The notes under the pieces were generated by a model. That model was not told the origin of the DNA and did not search any database. It saw only the letters and a program-made list of their open reading frames with translations. This document shows, piece by piece, positions 54,611 to 64,000 of a DNA stretch of 64,000 nucleotides. Source of the stretch: Eledone cirrhosa (Eukaryota); NCBI GenBank assembly GCA_964016885.1, contig CAXHJY010001527.1, positions 9,549 to 73,548 on the forward strand, read 5' to 3'. The first letter of the stretch is position 1, and each line of letters opens with the position of its first letter. Position numbers and translations under genes: made by a program.

Positions 54611-55180
54611 TATATGCACACACACACACACACACACACACATGTGTGTGTACAAGCATACACATACACACACACATATATATACACACACATATACATA
54701 CATTCACACAAAGATACAACGTACATACATACACATACATGAATGCACTCCACTACATATTAACACACGCAAATAAATATATTGCTACGGTTTTTATTTT
54801 GCTGCTTCTACCTTCTGTACTCTTGTATATTTAAACATTTTTTTCTCCCTTACCTTCCCTTATATTTTTACCTCCTCTTAGCCCCCCCCCCCCCCCCCCC
54901 ATATATTCTTTTTGTTTTGCCCTTCACATACCTATGTGTATGTGTATGTATTTTTGTGTGTGTATATATGTATATGTGTACGTATATGTTTGTGTATGTA
55001 TATATATGTGTATGTATGTATGTATGTATATGTATGTATATGTATATATATATATATGTATATATGTCTGTATATATATGTATATGTATATATATATGTG
55101 TGTGTGCGTGTCTGTATGTGTGTATATATTTGTATATTTGTGTGTGTATATGTATGTATATGTGGATAAACCAGGGTTTT

Positions 55181-55240
55181 TTTCATTCTGAAGATTGAAG
55201 GAAACTTTTTTTGCTTTTAAGAAACCTCTGTTGAATGGAT
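55181..55240 (+). ncRNA. Degenerate hammerhead paralog in the pLTR
   Basis: ttcatt-CTGAAGA...GAAAC-ctct-GTTG-aatgga; cleavage-site register altered. Confidence 0.5.
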
Positions 55241-55706
55241 TAATTGCCTTGTATGGCTTTATTACTTTACTACTATATATACGTTTATGTAAGGTTCATT
55301 TGTCTTATCTAATACTGAGCTTTACACATACACACATGTATATGTGTGTGTGTATGTGTATGCATGTGTGTATGTGTACGTGTATGTGTGTATATATGTA
55401 CATTTTTATATATATATGTGTATATATATATATATATGTATATATGTATATATGTATATGTATGTGTATGTATGTGTGCGTGTGTATTTATTTATTTTTA
55501 TGTATGTGTGGGTTTGTGTGTGGGGGTGTGTGTGTGTATATGTGTGTGTGTTTGTATTTGGTTGTGCGTTCTTTTGATATATACGTATTTGCATGTGTAT
55601 AATTGTTTAGCTATGTATGTATATGTGTGTTTACGTATTTATATGTGTGTGTGCGTTTATATTTTTAAATTTTTTGTATGTATATATATATATATATATA
55701 TGTGTG

Positions 55707-55783
<77 letters not shown>

Positions 55784-56196
55784 ATATAATTACATATACA
55801 TGTGTGTGTTTATATTGTATACGTGTACGTGTTTGTGTATGTATGTGTATGTACGTGTTTATGTATTTGTATATGTATATTTATGTGTGAGAGTGTGTGT
55901 ATGTGTTTACTATTTCGAACGTATGTATATGTGCTTATGTGTGTATTACTTACCACGCGTGTCTGTCCTGTTAGCTGGGGCATGTATCGCTGTCAAAATT
56001 TGTTAATATATATTTATATATATATTTCTTATATTTATTTGCGTGTGTTAATATGTAGTGGAGTGCATTCATGTATGTGTATGTATGTACGTTGTATGTT
56101 TGTGTGAATGTATGTATATGTGTGTGTATATATATGTGTGTGTGTATGTGTATGCTTGTACACACACATGTGTGTGTGTGTGTGTGTGTGCATATA

Positions 56197-56241
<45 letters not shown>

Positions 56242-56274
56242 ATATGTACATGTGTATATATATGTGTGTGTGTA

Positions 56275-56313
<39 letters not shown>

Positions 56314-56597
56314 ATGTATGAATATATGTATGTGTATATGTGTGTATATATGTGTATGTGTGTGTAGGTGTACGCTCTTTATATATATATATATGTGTAT
56401 ATGTATATGTGTATGCGTGCATTTATATATATGTGTATACATGTATGTGTGTGTAAGTATGCTTTTGTGTTTTTTTGTGTGTGTTTGCATGTGTAGTTTT
56501 ATTTTATTTTTCCTTTCCTTCTCCCTTTTCCAGCCTCACTTTCATATAGATTGCATTTTTGTTTTTAGAATCCATATTCAATAAACAAACCAGGATT

Positions 56598-56657
56598 TTT
56601 CATTCTGAGGATTGAAAGCAAAACCTTTTGCTTTTAAGAAACCACTGGTAAATGGAA
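56598..56657 (+). ncRNA. Type-I hammerhead ribozyme motif upstream of the PLE ORF
   Basis: tttcatt-CTGAGGA-ttgaaagcaaa(acct)tttgcttttaa-GAAACc(act)gGTA-aatggaa. Confidence 0.82.
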
Positions 56658-56876
56658 TAATTGCCTTATGTTGTTTATTACATAATAATAATAATTAAGC
56701 TCTGTTGCATACATAGAGCACTCTTTTTTCCTGGACTTTTCCGATGGAATTACTTCATTTATACAGCTCCAACCGGGATTGATTGCAGCATATTCGATAT
56801 TACATATACGATTGGCACTTTCCAGCCCGATTAGTTGAGCACTCTACAGTTTTCAGGAATTTAACCAACATACACC

Positions 56877-59010
56877 ATGGACCTTTATGATTTGGATTAT
56901 TCTATCAAAAACATACCCACTCCTTCCAACACAACATACACCAAAATCCTCATTGATAAAATCGAACAAGTCGTTAAGAGAATGAGATGGAAGGCAATGG
57001 TTTACGATGGACTATTCAGTGCTGATACTAAAGATTATTTTGACATTAAATCCCGTAAATATCCACCTAGAATTAAAGACATGGCCAACTTCGAATTAGA
57101 CCTCGTTAATCTAATTAGTGATATCAAATTTCGTAAGTACAATCATAATTTTCAAACTAAACTTTCTCACGATATCTCTAATTTTAGAAATTCTACAAAC
57201 ACTTTCGTTCTTTCTGATAAAACCAAAAACCTCTTTGAAGTTAATAGTAATTTGTATAACCAACTTTTAACTAATAGTATTACCAATAAATATCAATTAA
57301 CTAATAATAATAGCTACAATACTATCAATAAAGAAGCTAAAGACCTAGCTAGTTCTTTACAAATAGATAACCGGATTGAAAGCTTAGCTAAGCGTAAAGC
57401 ATATATTACCCTTAAAGACCATAAATTGGACTTTACTAATCGACCTAGTTGTAGACTGATTAACCCGGCTAAATCCGAGGTTGGCCCTGCTAGTAAGAAA
57501 ATCTTAAGAAAAATAATTCTCCAAATTAGAACTAACACTGTCCTTTCACAGTGGCTAAATACTTCCTCTGTTATTTCTTGGTTCAATAATATACAAGGTA
57601 AAAATAAGTGTAGATTTACCCAGTTTGATATTGTCGATTTTTACCCTTCTATTACTGTTTCCCTATTAACTAAAGCCTTAGATTTTGCAAGACCCTTCAT
57701 TAATATCTCCAAATTAGAAGAGGACATTATCTTTCATGCTAGAAAAACTTTACTTTTTACTAATGATAATATTTGGGTTAAAAAGTCAAACCCTGAAAAC
57801 TCTTTCGATGTTGCAATGGGTTCTTATGACAGTGCGGATGTGTGCGACTTAGTAGGATTATTCCTTCTCCACACACTCAAAGAGAAATTTCCGTCCCATA
57901 ATATCGGTTTATACCGTGATGACGGATTAGCAGTTTCTCATACCACCAATGGCCATAATCTTGATAAATTCCGTAAAGATTTAATTAGTACCTTTGCTAA
58001 TCTTAACCTTAAAATTACTATAGATACGAACCTTACTAATGCTAACTTTCTTGATATTAATCTTGATCTACTTACTGCCTCTTTTAAACCCTATCATAAA
58101 CCTAATGAAAATCTTAGGTATATACACAAAGAGTCTTGCCATCCCCCTATAGTTTTTAATAATCTTATTCCTAACATTAGCCGTAGGATTTCTACCTTAT
58201 CTTCGTCTATAGACATTTTTAATAAAGCCGCCCCTTATTATAATAAAGCCCTTAAGAACAGCGGTTTTACAGAAAATATTTCTTATTTACCTACTCCCCC
58301 CCCCTAAAACTAACCATAATAACAGGAAAAGGAAGATTATTTGGTTCACACCCCCCTTCTCTCTAAATGTCAAAACTAATGTAGGAAGGAAATTCCTTAA
58401 ACTATTAGACAAACATTTTCCTCCTATTCATAGATATTATAAGATTTTTAATAGGAATGTAGTTAAGATCAGCTACTCTTGTTGCCCATCCATGAAGTCC
58501 AAAATCACCAGTTCAAACCGTACGAGGATAAATCCAGGATGCAGTTGCAGGAAGCCGGATGAATGCCCATTGCAGGGTAAATGTAACACAAAATCTGTCG
58601 TTTATGAGGCTAAAATAACGCCAGTTATCAACAACCAGCCAGCCAGAAGCGAGCGATATGTCGGTATGACCCAGGACAGGTTTAAAACCAGATTTTACTC
58701 ACATGTCGCTTCTTTTAAACACTCAGATAAACGAACATCAACGGCCCTCGCAAGTAAGGTATGGGATCTCAAGGATAGTAATATCCCGTACTCTATTGAT
58801 TGGTCTATATTAGACCATTCGAGGGAGTACCAAAGGGGCACAAAGAATTGTTCTTTGTGTACCACAGAAAAGTATAGGATTTTGCTAAACTTGAGAGACA
58901 CTTCCGCTTGCCTTAACTCTAAGACTGAGATCTTCAGATGCTGTCCTCATCTGAAATCGCATCTGATCTGTAACTGGATTGACACTCCTACGATAAATCA
59001 ACCGCCTTGA
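56877..59010 (+). CDS. PLE RT + GIY-YIG endonuclease, single frameshift in the C9 run at ~58296-58304
   Basis: FDIVDFYPSI, MGSYDSA, YRDD; removing one C joins to KRKIIWFTPPF...CSCRKPDECPLQGKC..VVYEA..YVGMT..FKTRFYSH. Confidence 0.9.
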
Positions 59011-59421
59011 ACTCCTTCTCTGCTCTTTACCTTTGCTACGGTTTTTATTTTGCTGCTTCTACCTTCTGTACTCTTGTATATTTAAACATTTTTTTCTCCC
59101 TTACCTCCCCTTTTATTTTTACCTCCTCTTAGCCCCCCCCCATATATTCTTTTTGTTTTGCCCTTCACATACCTATGTGTATGTGTATGTATTTTTTTGT
59201 GTGTATATATGTATATGTGTACGTATATGTTTGTGTATGTATATATATGTGTATGTATATATGTATGTATATGTATGTATATGTATATATATATATATGT
59301 ATATATGTCTGTATATATATGTATATGTATATATATATGTGTGTGTGCGTGTCTGTATGTGTGTATATATTTGTATATTTGTGTGTGTATATGTATGTAT
59401 ATGTGGATAAACCAGGGTTTT

Positions 59422-59481
59422 TTTCATTCTGAAGATTGAAGGAAACTTTTTTTGCTTTTAAGAAACCTCTGTTGAATGGAT
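59422..59481 (+). ncRNA. Degenerate hammerhead paralog in the 3' pLTR
   Basis: Identical to 55181-55240. Confidence 0.5.
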
Positions 59482-59951
59482 TAATTGCCTTGTATGGCTT
59501 TATTACTTTACTACTATATATACGTTTATGTAAGGTTCATTTGTCTTATCTAATACTGAGCTTTACACATACACACATGTATATGTGTGTGTGTATGTGT
59601 ATGCATGTGTGTATGTGTACGTGTATGTGTGTATATACGTACATTTTTATATATATATGTGTATATATATATATATATGTATATATGTATATATGTATAT
59701 GTATGTGTATGTATATGTGTGCGTGTGTATTTATTTATTTTTATGTATGTGTGGGTTTGTGTGTGGGGGTGTGTGTGTGTATATGTGTGTGTGTTTGTAT
59801 TTGGTTGTGCGTTCTTTTGATATATACGTATTTGCATGTGTATAATTGTTTAGCTATGTATGTATATGTGTGTTTACGTATTTATATGTGTGTGTGCGTT
59901 TATATTTTTAAATTTTTTGTATGTATATATATATATATATATATATGTGTG

Positions 59952-60006
<55 letters not shown>

Positions 60007-60411
60007 ATATAATTACATATACATGTGTGTGTTTATATTGTATACGTGTACGTGTTTGTGTATGTATGTGTATGTACGTGTTTATGTATTTGTATATGTA
60101 TATTTATGTGTGAGAGTGTGTGTATGTGTTTACTATTTCGAACGTATGTATATGTGCTTATGTGTGTATTACTTACCACGCGTGTCTGTCCTGTTAGCTG
60201 GGGCATGTATCGCTGTCATAATTTGTTAATATATATTTATATATATATTTCTTATATTTATTTGCGTGTGTTAATATGTAGTGGAGTGCATTCATGTATG
60301 TGTATGTATGTACGTTGTATGTTTGTGTGAATGTATGTATATGTGTGTGTATATATATGTGTGTGTGTATGTGTATGCTTGTACACACACATGTGTGTGT
60401 GTGTGTGTGTG

Positions 60412-60494
<83 letters not shown>

Positions 60495-60950
60495 AGTGTA
60501 ATTTTCTACACAAAACGAAGGTTATAGAGAAAATTGAGGTTGGTAATGGCACATGGAATATATAAGAGACAGAATACTTTTTTGTGAAAAAACATAATTT
60601 TATAAGGTAAGGAAATAATAAAGGGTATAAAAAATGACCGGTTTCGAGGGGTCTGCAAAAGCCATCTTTTCAAATGTTGATTAATATTAAGAAAAATTAA
60701 TAATACGAAGAGTTAAAATTTGAGACTTGAAAATTCAAGTATAAAATTCATTGTGGGATTTCATAGCAGTTTTCATCTAGGTAGCAACAACAGGTTGACT
60801 GCTGTGTCCCTTTCTGGTAGTGAATGAGAAGTTATTTGGGGTGTGGGTTATTTTATAAAGGTCAGATTTAGCAATAGCCAGCTGCTGGTCAGTGAGGGGG
60901 TGGAAGCAATATACACACACATACCTTCATCCACACATACATACACATAC

Positions 60951-60995
<45 letters not shown>

Positions 60996-61056
60996 CACAC
61001 ATACATACACACACACATACATATACATACACACACACACACACATATATACACAT

Positions 61057-61117
<61 letters not shown>

Positions 61118-61156
61118 TATATATACATACACATACATCCAGATACACACATACAT

Positions 61157-61242
<86 letters not shown>

Positions 61243-61792
61243 CCCCACACATACATACACACACACATATATATATATACATACACACATACAAACATAC
61301 ACACACACACACACACACATATATATACACACATACACACACATATATATACACACACACACACACACACATGCATATATATATATATATATACACATAC
61401 GCATACATCCAGATACCCACATACATACACACACACACACACACGCACACACAATACATACATCCACATGCACACACATACTCACACACACACACACACA
61501 CATACATACACCCACACACAGAGAAATGGCCTTCAAATATATATATATATATATACATACAGACACATATATTTTTTCCATAATATAAGAAGTTGGGGCA
61601 GTGAAATTAAAATAATTCTGTGTGCGCATATATATATAGATATACGTGTGTGCACGTGCAGGGTTTAACATGGATGTGTTGGTCACACAAAGGCATGGTC
61701 TGTCAATGAATAAACCTGATTCTACAGAATTGGTCTCTGGTCTTTAATAGTAGTGATTCCGTGCGTATGTGTGTTTATATTTTATGACAATT

Positions 61793-64000
61793 CTATTGGG
61801 GTGATAACCCGTTTAGTTTTGGTTTAAATTTGTTAAGGAATAGATTTTCTTTGTTTATTCTTTGTTGTTGTGTGAACGAATCTGAGCACTTGTAGAAGGG
61901 GAAGATTTTAAAGTTGGGTAGTGTCATTCCTGCGCAGTTCGCAATATGGCTGCTCAAGGGGATTTTTCTTGTGTTAGCGTCCCGGATTTGTTGGCGGTGG
62001 ATGGTCATTCTTTTGCGTAATGAGGTGCCCGTCTGTCCTATGTAGTTGTGTTTGCACCCACCGCAAGTTATTGCGTAAATCAAGTTCTCCGAGTTGCAGG
62101 TGAAATTGTTTTTTACTGTAAATGTTTGGCCATCTTTGAATGTAAATGTTTGTCCTTCAGTGAGGTAGAGGCACGTTCCACAGTTTGTTCTACCACATTT
62201 GGTAACTGTAGGGTTGAGGATTGGTTTGGGTATATTTGGTCCAGTGAGAATGCGTTTAAGTGATTTGGGTTGTCTTTTACTTTTAAGGATCTTGTGTGTT
62301 TCAAGAATAGACTTCATTTTTACATCTTTAAGTAGGATGGGGAGGTTTTTGTGTAGGTGATCAAACATTTCGGTATTTCTGGGGTTGAAAGTGGATACAT
62401 ATGGCAGGGTGTTGAGTGTGGTTTTCTGTTTTGGATTGTTAAGTTGATGGGGATTTAGGTGTTTTGCCCTGTCTATTCCATTGTTGATTATTTCAAGTGG
62501 AAAGGCTCTTAAGATAAGGGTGTCTTTTAGTTCCTTTAGTCTTTGCTCCCGTTTAGGTGGATCTGATACTATGGTACATATACGTTTGGCCAAATTGTAA
62601 GGAATGTTAAGTTTTGTATGTTTTGGGTGACTTGATGTGAAAAAGAGGTATTGCTTGGAATCTGTGGGTTTATAGAATATATCTGTATCTAATTTCCCGT
62701 CTATTACAGAGATGAGAATATCCAAGAAGGCTAATTCCTTAGGATTGGATTCCATTGTGAATTGTATGTTATTATCTATGTTGTTTATCATGTTTTTAAA
62801 CGTAGTAAGTGAGTTCATGTCTTCTTGCCATAGGATAAAGCAGTCGTCTAGATATCTTTTCCAATTGGCTTTGAGGTGTGTGTGGAAAGAGTCTCCAAAT
62901 AAGAGAAGGGACTGACTGTATATTTGTTGTTCATGGAATCCCATGACTAGGTTGGCATATGTGGGTGCTACTTTCGTGCCCATTGCCGTACCTGATACTT
63001 GTCTGTATGTTGAACCATTGAATGTGAAGTAGTTATTTTGTAGGATAAAGCGGAGTCCGTCAGTGATAAAATCTGTGTTGATGCGTGTCGGTATTTCTGA
63101 TGGGTGTGTGTTAAGCCAGTATTGGACTGCTGTTATTCCATAGTTGTGAGGTATGTTTGTGTAGAGGTTTATTACGTCAAAGGAGACAAGAATTGTATTT
63201 GCACTTACTGTTTTAGGGAGGTGTTTCAGCATGTCAAGGTCATCTCGTATGTAGCTCTGTATATGTTGTAGAAAGGGTTTCAGTAGGATGTCCAGAAAGT
63301 TGCTAAGTCTGTGGGTTTCACATGTAGGGCCTGCTATAATTGGCCTGAGTTTTAGGTCTTCTGGTGGTGTTAGTTCAATGTAATTGTTGGTTGAGGTGTC
63401 ACATGCATCGTTTATGGGTTTACATTTGTGAAGTTTCGGTAAGCCGTAAAAAGAGCTTGTATTGCATTTGAAGTGGCTTATATAGTTAAACTCTTTTGTG
63501 GTTAAGCTGTTGCGGTATTTATTCAGTAAGGTCAAAAGGTTCCCCATTGTTTTGGTGTGTTTGTAGTTTTCTGTTTTTTCATAGTATGTGTTGTTTTCTA
63601 AAATGTTAAGTGCGAGGGTCCTATAGTAGTCCGTATTCATAATCACAACAGTACTGCCTTTATCGGCTTCTTTGATAGTTATCTCAGGGTTGTTTCTAAG
63701 TGTGAATAATTCTTCCCATTCGTGTGTAGATAGGTTTGATTTCGTGTGTTTATTTGTAATTGTTTCATAGGGAAAGTTGGTGATGTGTTCGCAGTACGTG
63801 TCCAGTGCTTTATTTCTTCCCTTTTGTGGGCAGAAATTGCTTTTATTTCTAACCAGTGATTCGTCTTCAGTGTTGGTGTCGTTGTGGAAGAATTCCGTTA
63901 GTCGCAGCTTTCGGCAGTATTCCATGATGTCATCCTTCATTTCGGGGAAGTTTGGTTTACGTGGTGTAGGTGTAAATTTCAGGCCCTTACTTAAAATGTT
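61793..64000 (-). CDS. PLE RT + GIY-YIG endonuclease (Neptune-like, inferred); intact and 5'-incomplete at the window edge
   Basis: ADKG, FYGLPKLHK, RPII, SFDVINLYTNI, GTAMG, RYLDD, linker CGRTNCGTC, LIYAITC..YIGQT..RMTIH; frame stays open to 64000. Confidence 0.93.
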   Translation of the reverse strand, partial: NILSKGLKFTPTPRKPNFPEMKDDIMEYCRKLRLTEFFHNDTNTEDESLVRNKSNFCPQKGRNKALDTYCEHITNFPYETITNKHTKSNLSTHEWEELFTLRNNPEITIKEADKGSTVVIMNTDYYRTLALNILENNTYYEKTENYKHTKTMGNLLTLLNKYRNSLTTKEFNYISHFKCNTSSFYGLPKLHKCKPINDACDTSTNNYIELTPPEDLKLRPIIAGPTCETHRLSNFLDILLKPFLQHIQSYIRDDLDMLKHLPKTVSANTILVSFDVINLYTNIPHNYGITAVQYWLNTHPSEIPTRINTDFITDGLRFILQNNYFTFNGSTYRQVSGTAMGTKVAPTYANLVMGFHEQQIYSQSLLLFGDSFHTHLKANWKRYLDDCFILWQEDMNSLTTFKNMINNIDNNIQFTMESNPKELAFLDILISVIDGKLDTDIFYKPTDSKQYLFFTSSHPKHTKLNIPYNLAKRICTIVSDPPKREQRLKELKDTLILRAFPLEIINNGIDRAKHLNPHQLNNPKQKTTLNTLPYVSTFNPRNTEMFDHLHKNLPILLKDVKMKSILETHKILKSKRQPKSLKRILTGPNIPKPILNPTVTKCGRTNCGTCLYLTEGQTFTFKDGQTFTVKNNFTCNSENLIYAITCGGCKHNYIGQTGTSLRKRMTIHRQQIRDANTRKIPLSSHIANCAGMTLPNFKIFPFYKCSDSFTQQQRINKENLFLNKFKPKLNGLSPQ

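Noticed and set aside
60630-60660. Minus-strand GAAACCGGTC (hammerhead stem III) in the third PLE's 3' region
   Set aside because: No matching CTGANGA or stem I found; half motif only
59033-61686. Low-complexity ORFs
   Set aside because: Microsatellite translations

Overview
Eukaryotic, AT-rich chromosome end. The telomere, SINE/RTE/Penelope content and poly-C2H2 gene style suggest an octopus/cephalopod (inference). Layout: (1) a 1.6-kb variant-rich (CCCTAA)n telomere joined through a short patchwork of templated fragments to (2) a ~46-kb diverged inverted duplication. Its left arm is ~2127-16288 and its right arm ~18428-48028. The arms carry two convergent C2H2 zinc-finger paralogs: a disrupted ~25-finger copy on + and an intact 20-finger copy on -. 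(3) The right arm is interrupted by a full-length, ORF-intact RTE LINE whose 5' end is an array of 204-bp monomers, a decayed Penelope-like element (PLE) and other insertions. (4) Proximal to the palindrome lie Helentron-like fragments, long (TA)n arrays, a near-intact PLE with microsatellite-filled pseudo-LTRs, and a PLE with an intact RT+GIY-YIG ORF that runs off the window end. Manual folding finds about ten type-I hammerhead ribozyme motifs between 34.8 and 59.5 kb, including a CCGAAGA core variant. All alignments, identities and RNA folds were done by eye; no database searches were run.
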